Source: Candidatus Woesebacteria bacterium | GTDB lineage: Bacteria > Patescibacteriota > Microgenomatia > UBA1400 > UBA12028 | Reading direction: 5' to 3' | Length of the DNA stretch: 64,000 nucleotides | Assembly: GCA_040006915.1 (NCBI GenBank) | Contig: JBDTWD010000006.1 | Span: forward strand, 1,897-65,896 | Shown: positions 1 to 9,681 of the stretch, one piece after another | Layout: each line of letters starts with the position of its first letter | Position numbering within the stretch: the stretch's first letter is position 1 | Translations under genes and position numbers: made by a program | Notes under the pieces: model-generated | What the model saw: the letters and a program-made list of their open reading frames with translations, nothing else | Database searches by the model: none | Told to the model about the DNA's origin: nothing

Positions 1-699
1 TCCGATCACTTCCCAGCGAGTGTCGCAGTTTCTGCTACCCAGCGGGCAGCCCGTTAAGTTATTTGTGTCACCCCAATCGTACTTTTGAATATGTACGATT
101 CGTTGCCAGGAGAATCCAATCACTTTGAGTGGTGTCTCGTGCGTTCTGGTGACGAAAAACACGATAGCCGCTACTGCCAGTAGAACAATTCCTATGAGGG
201 CGGGTATCTTCAGCCTATCCCAATCAAAGGATGGTTTAGATTCCGTCCAGGAATCATTGCGATTATACGCAAGTTGGGGTTCGGAATGTTCCTCCAAAGA
301 ATCTGGTGAGAAATGTCTCTCCGGCTGACCAAGAGGATGTGAATACCCAATCGGAGCTTGACGATACGACTCAGGTACCCTTAGGATACCTGTTGAATCG
401 GGTTGTAGGGGAGCTGCTTGATGCATTTGCTCACCACTTCCTTTTTCTGCCCCACAATGGGTGCAGAAGTTTGCGCCGATTGGATTCAAAACCATGCAAG
501 ACCCACATTTCCAGTCTGGGCCATCCTTGAGCGCCCGCAATGTGTCTGGATCGGTGACTGGAACCCGCAAATTTGCGGGTAAATACCAATCAGACTCCCC
601 CCGGCAAGCATATCCGCAATTCGGGCAGCACTTTAAATCACCACGCAACCCCTTTGTTCCACAGCCTCTACAATCCCAATACTCCCATACAGTCGTCAT
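1..699 (-). CDS. Double zinc-ribbon (RanBP2-like) membrane-anchored protein, partial (runs off left edge)
   Basis: Not in ORF track; hand-translated open frame from ATG 699: MTTVWEYWDCRGCGTKG..CPNCG..YLP..GPDWKCGSC..N..FCTHCGA, later a TM segment (IPALIGIVLLAVAAIVFFV). Confidence 0.8.
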   Translation of the reverse strand, partial: MTTVWEYWDCRGCGTKGLRGDLKCCPNCGYACRGESDWYLPANLRVPVTDPDTLRALKDGPDWKCGSCMVLNPIGANFCTHCGAEKGSGEQMHQAAPLQPDSTGILRVPESYRQAPIGYSHPLGQPERHFSPDSLEEHSEPQLAYNRNDSWTESKPSFDWDRLKIPALIGIVLLAVAAIVFFVTRTHETPLKVIGFSWQRIVHIQKYDWGDTNNLTGCPLGSRNCDTRWEVIG

Positions 700-949
700 T
701 TCCCCATTCCCTTTCGATTAAATGCTTAAAATTGAGCGATGGTGCTCAGACAAGGGCCACAAAAGCCACTCTCTAAGCACCACCACCTCAAGAAACAGTA
801 AAATTGTAAAAGAGCGACTGTCTATAGACCAAAAAACCCACCGTAATGGCAGGCATTCAATCGATAAACGACTCCAGATAGAAAAACCACCTGAAGATCA
901 TCTATTATATCAAAAAGGGAAGGATAATCAATATTATAGGCTTCATAGC

Positions 950-1597
950 CTATTTCGTCTCATTGTCTAGACTTCTCCAGAGAATGCGGGCAGCAAACGT
1001 GCGGTATGGTGACCATTTCTGGCTTAACTCGAGGAGTTTAAGTTCATCAGGCTCAGTTTCTAAGGAATAGAGTTTTTGAATAGCTCGCTTTAATCCTAAG
1101 TCCCCTGTCGAGAATATATCAGGCCTGGCTAGTCCAAACATCAAAAACATCTCTGCAGTCCAGCGCCCTATCCCTTTGACTTTAACCAGCTCCGTTATCA
1201 CTTCTTCATCTGGGAGAGTATCCAAGTGTTCCAGATCTATTTCCTTGTCAACCACCTTTTGAGCTAAATCTTTAATGTACTTAATTTTTGCCCAAGAGAG
1301 ACCTTGATCCCGCATTAGTTGATCCGGGACTTTCAGCACTTTTGTAGGAGATAGTGAGGGTTCAGGTTGCCCTTTAGCCCACTCTTTTCCTTCTGGAAAG
1401 AGATGAACAAAGCGAGTCCAAATGACATCAGCTACCTTGGTTGAGAGCTGTTGGGAGATGATGGAGGCAGCCAATTCTGTAAAATGATCAGCACTATTCC
1501 CTTTTTTGGTGACCGGGGGGATTTCTCCGATCTTTTGTAAGGCAGCAAATAAGATCGAGTCGACGGTTTGAAAATGGGAGTCAATTTTTTTTGACAT
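950..1597 (-). CDS. alkA: DNA-3-methyladenine glycosylase II (HhH-GPD family)
   Basis: IISQQLS, LVKVKGIGRWTAEMFLMFGL, D-LG, WSPYRT motifs. Confidence 0.9.
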   Translation of the reverse strand: MSKKIDSHFQTVDSILFAALQKIGEIPPVTKKGNSADHFTELAASIISQQLSTKVADVIWTRFVHLFPEGKEWAKGQPEPSLSPTKVLKVPDQLMRDQGLSWAKIKYIKDLAQKVVDKEIDLEHLDTLPDEEVITELVKVKGIGRWTAEMFLMFGLARPDIFSTGDLGLKRAIQKLYSLETEPDELKLLELSQKWSPYRTFAARILWRSLDNETK

Positions 1598-1611
1598 AGA
1601 AAAAGATTTTC

Positions 1612-2010
1612 CTAGTGTCTGATCCGGTCGTCCAAGGTGCGTTTGAACAAAATCACGCCATTACGAATGTTTGTCTCTAACTCTGCAAAAGTGGGACTTT
1701 TCTTCATTCGCGAGAGATCATCTTGGGTATAGATCATAATATGAATTTGATTGGCATTTGTTCCAATCTGAAATCCCAAACTGTGAATCACTTCCTCGAC
1801 TTTCTCTTTTTCGTTTACGTTTGGATTATCTCGAATGATGACGCACAAATCGATATCACGAGGTGTGGGGCTTTCGACAGCCGAGCCCAAGAGAATTACC
1901 TCATCCACTTGCTCAACTGAGCCCAAGAACTTCCCCATTTCCACAGCTTTTTCTTTTGGTGAAAGAGCATGGAGTCTTTTTTCATCGGTACTTTCATAGG
2001 AGATATTCAT
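1612..2010 (-). CDS. Minimal nucleotidyltransferase (MNT-like) protein
   Basis: VILLGS...DIDLCVI motif, 132 aa. Confidence 0.7.
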   Translation of the reverse strand: MNISYESTDEKRLHALSPKEKAVEMGKFLGSVEQVDEVILLGSAVESPTPRDIDLCVIIRDNPNVNEKEKVEEVIHSLGFQIGTNANQIHIMIYTQDDLSRMKKSPTFAELETNIRNGVILFKRTLDDRIRH

Positions 2011-2044
2011 ACCTGTAGTATACCTCGGGAGAGCAAGAACTGTT

Positions 2045-3574
2045 CTACGAGAGAAGTGACTGTCCTGTCATGCATGGGGGCTTGTCTAAATTGAGAAGAT
2101 CAAGAACAGTTGGAGCAATATCTTTTAAGCCTCCACCTCTCACAAGCTTTGGATGGTAGGTCTTATGGATAAAGATACAGGGAACGGGATTCGTGGTATG
2201 AGAGGTATGAGGCTCACCAGTCACTGGATCAACCATTTGCTCTGCATTCCCATGATCGGCAATCACAACTAAGGCTCCGTCACGCTTCAGAACAGCATCC
2301 ACTAAGCGTCCCAGTTGTGTATCTACTGTTTCCACGGCAATTTTAATGGCAGCAGGTTTGGCGGTATGCCCAACCATATCAGGGTTGGCAAAGTTTAAGA
2401 ACACAAAGTCGACAGAATCTAAACGTTTGATTGCCTCATCACAAATTTCCTTGGCTTTCATTTCTGGAGCTTCATCATGCGTTTTGATATCTTTGCGACT
2501 GGGCACCAACACGTGTTCTTCTCCCTCGTGTGGATCTTGTCTGCCTCCGTTCACAAAGTATGTCACGTGCGGAAACTTCTCGGTCTCGGCGATATGAGCC
2601 TGCTTCAACCCATTCGCAGCAATCACAGATCCGACTGTTTGTTCAATTTTCTCCGGTTCATACGCAACAATGGATTCGATATCTCTATCATATTTGGTCA
2701 TGGTGACAAAACACAGGTTTTTGTCTTTCAAAACCGCAATAATTTTCTTGGAAAGTTGTTTCGCTCGATCCGGGCGAAAGTTAGTGAAAATAATGGCATC
2801 GTTTTGATTGACCGTGGCAGGTTTACCGTCTTCACGCAAAAAAACCTGCGGTTCTAACAATTCATCAAAGACCTCTTGAGAATACCACTCTTTGATTTTC
2901 GCTGAAGGCTTGTTGGTAGCATCATAGATAAACGCGGCTTTCCCATCAAAGATGGCATGATATGCCTTGTCCGTTCGATCCCAGTTGGTATCTCGATCCA
3001 TAGAAAAATAGCGACCGATAATTGTGGCAATATGCACTCCTTTGATTCCGGCAATATGTTTCTCTAGTCTCTCCAAAGAATTTTGTCCGCCAGTTCGCGA
3101 TGAATCACGACCATCCATAAAACAGTGCAGCACAATAGTACTAATCCCTTTCGCTCCTGCGGCATTGATCATTTCAATGAAATGATCTTCGTGGCTATGG
3201 ACTCCACCAGGAGAGAGAAGACCCATGATATGCAGAGTACTGTTGTGTGTTTTGACATGTAAAAAGGCTTGACCGAATGCCGGATTTTTGGCAAACTTTC
3301 CTTCTTTGGCATCTTTACTGATACGCACCAAATCTTGATAGAGAACACATCCTGCTCCAATGGTTGTATGTCCTACTTCCGAGTTGCCCATCTGCCCCAC
3401 TGGCAAACCCACCGCTTCACCAGAGGCCTCTAAGGTCGTAAAAGGGTATGTTGTGGAAAACATGTCATAGTTGGGAGTATTGGCAATCGAGATCCCATTA
3501 TATTCTCCAGGATCGGTAATTCCCCACCCATCTAAGATAACGAGCGCTAACGGACCAGATACTTGTTTGGACAT
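2045..3574 (-). CDS. gpmI: 2,3-bisphosphoglycerate-independent phosphoglycerate mutase
   Basis: ILDGWG, GQMGNSEVGH, GRYFSMDRD, NPDMVGHT, ADHGNAE. Confidence 0.97.
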   Translation of the reverse strand: MSKQVSGPLALVILDGWGITDPGEYNGISIANTPNYDMFSTTYPFTTLEASGEAVGLPVGQMGNSEVGHTTIGAGCVLYQDLVRISKDAKEGKFAKNPAFGQAFLHVKTHNSTLHIMGLLSPGGVHSHEDHFIEMINAAGAKGISTIVLHCFMDGRDSSRTGGQNSLERLEKHIAGIKGVHIATIIGRYFSMDRDTNWDRTDKAYHAIFDGKAAFIYDATNKPSAKIKEWYSQEVFDELLEPQVFLREDGKPATVNQNDAIIFTNFRPDRAKQLSKKIIAVLKDKNLCFVTMTKYDRDIESIVAYEPEKIEQTVGSVIAANGLKQAHIAETEKFPHVTYFVNGGRQDPHEGEEHVLVPSRKDIKTHDEAPEMKAKEICDEAIKRLDSVDFVFLNFANPDMVGHTAKPAAIKIAVETVDTQLGRLVDAVLKRDGALVVIADHGNAEQMVDPVTGEPHTSHTTNPVPCIFIHKTYHPKLVRGGGLKDIAPTVLDLLNLDKPPCMTGQSLLS

Positions 3575-3579
3575 AGAGT

Positions 3580-4062
3580 TTATTGGGACAATACGGCTGA
3601 CAATTTTTCGATTATATGCTCACGAGAAAAGAACTGAATTGTAGTCAACCCTGCTCCTTGTGCCGCTTTCACATTTTCAATCGTGTCATCGACAAAGACA
3701 ATATTCTCAGGAAGAACTTCAATCTTTTTTGCTAAGTCCAGATAATTCTCAGGATTACGCTTGGACCAACCAAAATCTTCTGCGGAGAAAATATTCTTAT
3801 CAAATGTTTGTTCTAATCTTGGAAAGATAGCCGGATCATTTTGAATGATTTCACTGGTATATAGACAGAGCTTCACCGTATTTTTCTTGGTTTCCAGCCA
3901 GTCTAAAAGCGTGTTATCTAAAGTGAAGTGATCAAAAAACAAAAACGGTGCTTTGGTCTTCACATCTTTGTACAAATCATTCAATTTCCCCGCATACTGT
4001 GGATCTTTGGGATACAACAAGACTCTTGAGAAATCAAAAATGACGGTGGTAATTTTTGCCAT
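3580..4062 (-). CDS. HAD-family hydrolase
   Basis: VIFDFSRVL motif I, FVDD..ENV..A motif IV. Confidence 0.8.
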   Translation of the reverse strand: MAKITTVIFDFSRVLLYPKDPQYAGKLNDLYKDVKTKAPFLFFDHFTLDNTLLDWLETKKNTVKLCLYTSEIIQNDPAIFPRLEQTFDKNIFSAEDFGWSKRNPENYLDLAKKIEVLPENIVFVDDTIENVKAAQGAGLTTIQFFSREHIIEKLSAVLSQ

Positions 4063-4067
4063 ATGCT

Positions 4068-5357
4068 TTACCGAATAAATACTTTTTTCCCTGGATATAT
4101 TGCCTTATCTCCTAATTCTTCTTCTATTCGCAACAACTGGTTATATTTGGCCATTCGATCGCTACGAGACATTGATCCAGTTTTAATTTGCCCGGTTGAA
4201 AGACCAACAACAAAATCAGCAATGGTTGAATCTTCAGTCTCACCTGAGCGGTGCGAAACAATGGCGGTATAGCCATTTTTACGTGCTAAATCAATTGCGT
4301 CAACAGTCTCTGTAACTGTGCCAATTTGATTGAGTTTGATAAGAATTGAATTATCTACTTTCTCAGTGATTCCGCGCTGTAATCGCTCAACATTGGTCAC
4401 GAACAAATCATCGCCAACCAGTTGAACTGTTGCCCCTAATTTAGCAGTCAGTTTGGCATAATCCCCCCAGGCATCTTGGTCCAAGCCATCTTCAATGGAG
4501 ACAATTGGATAGGCTTTCACCCATTCCTCATACATCGCAATCAATTCATCTGGTGTCACCGTTTTGTTTTCGCTGGCCAAAATATATTTGCCATCTTTGT
4601 AGAGTTCACTCGAAGCTACATCTAAAGCAATAAAAATATCAGTTCCCAAAGTGTAGCCACTGGCTTTGACAGCCTCCACTAGTTGTTCGAGTGGAGCGCG
4701 GTTACTTCCTAAACTTGGAGCAAATCCACCTTCATCGCCAACTGTTGTCGAAAAGCCTTGTGTGTGTAAATTCTTCTTTAATGCCATGAAAATTTCGGCA
4801 GCCATATCCATCGCTTGGCGAAAGGATGTTGCGCCCGCTGGAACAATCATAAATTCCTGGAAGTCAGATGATTTCTCTGCATGCTTTCCTCCATTTAACA
4901 CATTGATCATGGGAACAGGCATCCAGTATTCGGCGGGGACGGTTGAAGAGAGACTGCGAAAATATGCATACAGTGGTTGCTTTGTACTGACGGCAATCGC
5001 TTTAGAGAGAGCCATTGAGACACCCAAAATCGCATTGGCTCCCACTTTCCCTTTATTCGGAGTGCCATCAACTTCAATCATCTTTTGATCGACGATTCGC
5101 TGGTTAGCTTCCATCCCTTTTAAAGCTGGAAGTATAAGCTCCGTTACATTGGCAACAGCCTTTCGTACTCCCTTGCCTCCCATGCGTTTTTCTCCTACAT
5201 CACGGAGCTCTACTGCCTCATAAATCCCGGTGGATGCCCCTGATGGAACAGCAGCTCGTCCAAAGGAACCGTCCTCTAATGTAAGATCGACCTCGATAGT
5301 TGGGGTTCCTCTAGAATCAAAAATCTCCCGAGCATGAATAGAAGCAATAGTCGACAT
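4068..5357 (-). CDS. eno: Enolase
   Basis: [35 protein letters not shown]; start trimmed to MSTIAS. Confidence 0.98.
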   Translation of the reverse strand: MSTIASIHAREIFDSRGTPTIEVDLTLEDGSFGRAAVPSGASTGIYEAVELRDVGEKRMGGKGVRKAVANVTELILPALKGMEANQRIVDQKMIEVDGTPNKGKVGANAILGVSMALSKAIAVSTKQPLYAYFRSLSSTVPAEYWMPVPMINVLNGGKHAEKSSDFQEFMIVPAGATSFRQAMDMAAEIFMALKKNLHTQGFSTTVGDEGGFAPSLGSNRAPLEQLVEAVKASGYTLGTDIFIALDVASSELYKDGKYILASENKTVTPDELIAMYEEWVKAYPIVSIEDGLDQDAWGDYAKLTAKLGATVQLVGDDLFVTNVERLQRGITEKVDNSILIKLNQIGTVTETVDAIDLARKNGYTAIVSHRSGETEDSTIADFVVGLSTGQIKTGSMSRSDRMAKYNQLLRIEEELGDKAIYPGKKVFIR

Positions 5358-5436
5358 ATGAAAAACTCCTACAGAATGTATATACAGGTGTAGGATATCA
5401 CTCAAGTGGAGGAGTTTCTAGAAGTACAATAGAACA

Positions 5437-5871
5437 CTATTCTTCATCACGATCTGTATGTAAACGCCGAATAATTTCATTGTCTGAAAGAGTAGTACAC
5501 GTATCTGTAGACATTCTTTTGGTAGAGGGCACCCGAGCTCTTCGGAGCTCTCGTACTTTATTACGCAGGCCTGTTTGATTTTTAATCCAGATTCGTCCAT
5601 CTTGTTCACCGATCAGATACGGACCTACGGTATTCATATGTCCTTTGACTTGAGACTCGGTAATTCTCAATTTATCAGCAATCTCTCTGGCCGTCATTCC
5701 TTCGGAAAAAAGCAGAACTTGTTCTAATTGCTGTAACTGCTCTTCTTGTAGCTTCTCCGCTTTTTTCTTTGGAGTATCTGGGCTGCTTGGAACAACGATC
5801 GTTTTCTTCTGATTCTGACGATTCTGTACTATATCCAGAATGGATGGCCTACCTGATTCTTTTGAGGGCAT
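5437..5871 (-). CDS. Hypothetical protein with helix-turn-helix
   Basis: GMTAREIADKLRITESQVKGH HTH-like segment. Confidence 0.55.
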   Translation of the reverse strand: MPSKESGRPSILDIVQNRQNQKKTIVVPSSPDTPKKKAEKLQEEQLQQLEQVLLFSEGMTAREIADKLRITESQVKGHMNTVGPYLIGEQDGRIWIKNQTGLRNKVRELRRARVPSTKRMSTDTCTTLSDNEIIRRLHTDRDEE

Positions 5872-5882
5872 AGATATAAATG

Positions 5883-6314
5883 TTAAGTTCTTTTTAAGCC
5901 AGGCAATTCCCGTAATTTAAATGATTGAGGACCCTTTTCTTTGAAAATACCGGTATGCCAATAGAGTAATACGTCATGTAAAACATCAAAAATTCTTACA
6001 GCGGCGCTGTCAGGTGTCATGGGAGCATCATGAAAGTTTTCGTCTTCATCATCTTTATCTATATGTTTCAAACTATTAAACACATTCGCCGCTAGTTGCA
6101 GTTCTTCGAAAGAAAACAATATCAAGAAATCGTTCTGTAACCAGGTAGATATCTCTTCTAATTTTCCTAGCTGAAGTAACCGATAGTATTGCACTCCAGG
6201 GTTCCCCTGCGAATCCCATAGAGACCAGATGATAAATGACATTACATTCTCACGGGTAATCGGATCAAATGGATGGTGATCCCATTCTTTGTAGTTCGCT
6301 TGAAACTCCCCCAT
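5883..6314 (-). CDS. Hypothetical protein
   Basis: Open frame; start placed at MGEFQ to avoid overlap with RND gene. Confidence 0.55.
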   Translation of the reverse strand: MGEFQANYKEWDHHPFDPITRENVMSFIIWSLWDSQGNPGVQYYRLLQLGKLEEISTWLQNDFLILFSFEELQLAANVFNSLKHIDKDDEDENFHDAPMTPDSAAVRIFDVLHDVLLYWHTGIFKEKGPQSFKLRELPGLKRT

Positions 6315-6319
6315 AGTAT

Positions 6320-9300
6320 TTATTTCTCTTCTGGTTTCATCCAAGAATAGTATAGGACCGGGATAAAGAGCAACATGATGGTACTGGCAACCAGGAGCCC
6401 TGAAATGATCGCTCCGCCAAGTCCACGCCACAATGGGTCCGCAAGGGTGATCGGAAGCAAACCAAACACCGTACACAGCTTGGTTAGAATAATCGGCTCC
6501 ATACGTGAGGCTCCGGCGTCAGCAATAGACTCTTCAAAAGACATTCCTTCTTTACGATTTAAGTTAATCTTGTCGACGATAAACATGGAGTTGGTCACGA
6601 CAATTCCAAATAATGACAGAATTCCAATCATTGATGGGAACGAGAGTGGTGTTCCCGTTAAAGCATAGGCTAAGAATACTGAGGAGACAGCCAAGGGGAT
6701 AACGATCAACACAATCAAAGCTTGTCGGAAAGATCCAAACTGTACCACCATAGTAATCAAAATCAGAATTGCTGATAACACCATGGCTTGTAAAATCGAT
6801 TGAATTGACTTGGTATTCTCTTCATTCACTCCGCCAGTTTTCCATTCATATCCAGTTGGAAGATTTAAAGTCTTGGCAAAATCTTCTAACTTCTTGTTTT
6901 CAGTGGTGATCGAAAAACCAGGACGAACTGCGGCGGCTACTGAGATCGTACGTTGGAAGTTCTCCCGACTAATACTCGTTGGACTAACTTTAGGTACGAA
7001 AGTTCCGATCGAGAGCAGAGATATTGATTTCCCTGATGGATTGGTTACAGACAACTGCGATAGGTTTTCCACATTCGCCGTTCCCGTATCCATCCGTAAA
7101 ACGATATCGGTCTTTTGATTGTCACCCGGTTCCAATGCAATGGAATCAAGGGTAAAACCGCTAGCAAAGGTACGCAAGGCAAATCCTAAGGTATCTGGAG
7201 TTAAACCATTCTCAGCCAGTTTCGTACTATCAGGGATAAACACCAGCTTACTGGTTCCCTCTTTGATAGATTTATTTACGTTTGTGACATCGTTATTGGC
7301 TTTAAGGAACGTCTCAATCTTGTCAGCTTGCGTATTTAGCTGTGAGAGGTCATTTCCAAGCAACTTGATTTGAAGATCACTTCCGGCAGGTGGTCCACCA
7401 GAGTCCTCAATGACTGAAAGTGTTCCTTGGGTATAGCTGGCAAAATCCGTACGCAATTGTTCGGCAATTTCATACGACGGCACTTTTCGTTTCTCTTTGT
7501 CTACGAGTCGCACTGAAAAATATGCTAGGTTATTAGAATTGCTTGAGCCTCCACCAAATCCAGCGGCTCCACCTCTACCAACTTCAGCCGTCACAAATTC
7601 AGTCTCTGGAGTTTGTCGCAGTTTTTCCAAAATAGGTTCTGCTTGTTTGGCCGTATCAGTCAAAGTTGTACCTGCAGGTAGCTCTAATTGCACAAACACT
7701 TCATCTTGGTTAGTTTTCGGGAAGAATTCATTCTTCACAAACCCCATCGGGAGAAGCGCAAAACAAAAGATGGAATAAATGATCACAGCAGCCATCACTT
7801 TACGTCGACTTGATTTCTTTGACAGAATTTTCAAGATTGTTCGTTTGTACCAAGCCGCAAACGGCTCTACATCAATAATTCCTTGTGAAGAGAGACGGCT
7901 CAGGAATGCAGATGCTTTCGAGAACTTTCCTTTCTTTTGGATTCGCGCTCGAAGCTCAGCAAAGCGAGTTCGTAAACTTGGGAGCACACGTAAAAATACC
8001 AAAGTCAACACAACGTAGACAATCAAGATGAGTGGGAAGATTAAGCTTTGCGACGCAAGAGCAAAGATTACTCCTAATGCCGCTAGCCAACCCAGTACCT
8101 TTAACAATGTCGTTACGCGTTTTGGTAGCACCGGTTTTAACAAAATGATCATCAATGGCAAAGTAATTAAGACTGCAATTGCCGTAGAGGAGATCATGGT
8201 CACAGTCACGACGACTGGAATTGGCTTGATAAATTCACCAATGATTCCAGAGGTCAGTAGCAATGGAACGAATGACCAAATGGTTGTAATCGTTGTTGAC
8301 CAAATCGGAATAATGGTATCTTTCCAGACAAGAAGTCCAGTCTCCACAGGGGTAAATTTATTTGCTCGATAATAGAGTGACATGGCACTGACAACCACGA
8401 TCGTGTCATCAACTAAGAGGCCTAAAGCTAGTAAGAACGAGAAGAGTGACAAGAAGTTAATCGACATGCCAAACATTCGCATGAAAAAGAAAGCTGACAG
8501 AAAGGTCAAGGGTACAGTCAGAGATGAAATCAAGGACTGACGCAATCCCAAGAACAACAGGAGAACCCCCATCACTAATAAGATAGTGGTGCGGAATTCT
8601 TTTAAGAGATCACTAAACTGTTTCGTAATCTCTTCACTGGTATTCATCAAGGTTATGATTTGATAATCAGCACCATTGTCTTTTAAGAATGCATCTGTCA
8701 CTTCTTTAACTTGGGCACCAGCTTCATCAATATTGGAACCACTGGTTTTATAGACATAAAAGGTTACGGCTGGTTGCGCCGGACTATCTCGCTTGGCTAC
8801 ATAGGAAATTTGCTGTCCTGATTTGGAGCGCTCCTGTACGGTTGCCACATCTGAAAGAGCGACCACTTTCCCATTAACACTGATTTGTAAGGCTCTGATA
8901 TCGCTCATGTTTTCAACCGTTGGATCAATAGTCAAAGAAAAGGTGTTTCGCCCAGTTTCGACCACTCCAGCAGGATAGGAACTTCTGGCTTTTTTAATCG
9001 CTTGAGAGAGTGTAAATGGATTTAATCCATATTCAGCAAGCTTACTGGGACTGGCTTCTACCACTACTTCCTGAGTATCAAAACCAGTAGTGTTTACACG
9101 GTCCACTTTTGAGAGATCATCAATCTTGTCGTGTAGGTCTTTAGCAGCTCGCATCAAGTCTGGGAAGCTTTTTTTACTTACCAACGCGAATGTCCAGACT
9201 GGCTGATCTTCAAAATCAAGTGCGTTAACCTGTGGATCCAGGGCATCGGTAGGCAGATCGTTGACACCATCAACTGCTGATTGGGTGTCGTCTTTCGCTT

Positions 9301-9676
9301 TGTCCCTGTCAACTTTGGACAAAAACTGAATAGTGATGGCTGAGACATTGTCAGTTGAAGTCGAAGAGATCGTATCAACATCTTTTAATGAACGCAGTTT
9401 ATCTTCAATAGGGATCGTCACCAGACTCTCGACGTCTGCAGGGCCGGCACCAGGCATTACAGTCACAACTGTCACAATAGGAATTTTCACCTCGGGATTT
9501 AAGCGCTTAGGCAATTGCGTGTAGGCAATCGTTCCCAAAAGAGCGATTGTCAAAAGAAGTAACAGCACCACACGGATGTTGGTGACATATTTTGCCACCA
9601 CACCTGTCAGCATCTTTGGATCAAAGGTCAGACGCTCTAAGTAGGACTTATGTGATTCTGGTTTTTGTGTAGGCAT
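6320..9676 (-). CDS. RND efflux permease (AcrB/AcrD/AcrF family)
   Basis: 1118 aa; GLLVDDTIVV, GEFIKPIP, GIVVTNS, R-MEPIILT motifs. Confidence 0.95.
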   Translation of the reverse strand: MPTQKPESHKSYLERLTFDPKMLTGVVAKYVTNIRVVLLLLLTIALLGTIAYTQLPKRLNPEVKIPIVTVVTVMPGAGPADVESLVTIPIEDKLRSLKDVDTISSTSTDNVSAITIQFLSKVDRDKAKDDTQSAVDGVNDLPTDALDPQVNALDFEDQPVWTFALVSKKSFPDLMRAAKDLHDKIDDLSKVDRVNTTGFDTQEVVVEASPSKLAEYGLNPFTLSQAIKKARSSYPAGVVETGRNTFSLTIDPTVENMSDIRALQISVNGKVVALSDVATVQERSKSGQQISYVAKRDSPAQPAVTFYVYKTSGSNIDEAGAQVKEVTDAFLKDNGADYQIITLMNTSEEITKQFSDLLKEFRTTILLVMGVLLLFLGLRQSLISSLTVPLTFLSAFFFMRMFGMSINFLSLFSFLLALGLLVDDTIVVVSAMSLYYRANKFTPVETGLLVWKDTIIPIWSTTITTIWSFVPLLLTSGIIGEFIKPIPVVVTVTMISSTAIAVLITLPLMIILLKPVLPKRVTTLLKVLGWLAALGVIFALASQSLIFPLILIVYVVLTLVFLRVLPSLRTRFAELRARIQKKGKFSKASAFLSRLSSQGIIDVEPFAAWYKRTILKILSKKSSRRKVMAAVIIYSIFCFALLPMGFVKNEFFPKTNQDEVFVQLELPAGTTLTDTAKQAEPILEKLRQTPETEFVTAEVGRGGAAGFGGGSSNSNNLAYFSVRLVDKEKRKVPSYEIAEQLRTDFASYTQGTLSVIEDSGGPPAGSDLQIKLLGNDLSQLNTQADKIETFLKANNDVTNVNKSIKEGTSKLVFIPDSTKLAENGLTPDTLGFALRTFASGFTLDSIALEPGDNQKTDIVLRMDTGTANVENLSQLSVTNPSGKSISLLSIGTFVPKVSPTSISRENFQRTISVAAAVRPGFSITTENKKLEDFAKTLNLPTGYEWKTGGVNEENTKSIQSILQAMVLSAILILITMVVQFGSFRQALIVLIVIPLAVSSVFLAYALTGTPLSFPSMIGILSLFGIVVTNSMFIVDKINLNRKEGMSFEESIADAGASRMEPIILTKLCTVFGLLPITLADPLWRGLGGAIISGLLVASTIMLLFIPVLYYSWMKPEEK

Positions 9677-9681
9677 ACCAA

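Noticed and set aside
125-970. Plus-strand short ORFs in the track
   Set aside because: Shadows of the minus-strand zinc-ribbon gene and its leader; the same applies to most short antisense ORFs in the window.
1612-2010. MNT-HEPN toxin-antitoxin pair
   Set aside because: No adjacent HEPN gene; neighbours are alkA and gpmI.
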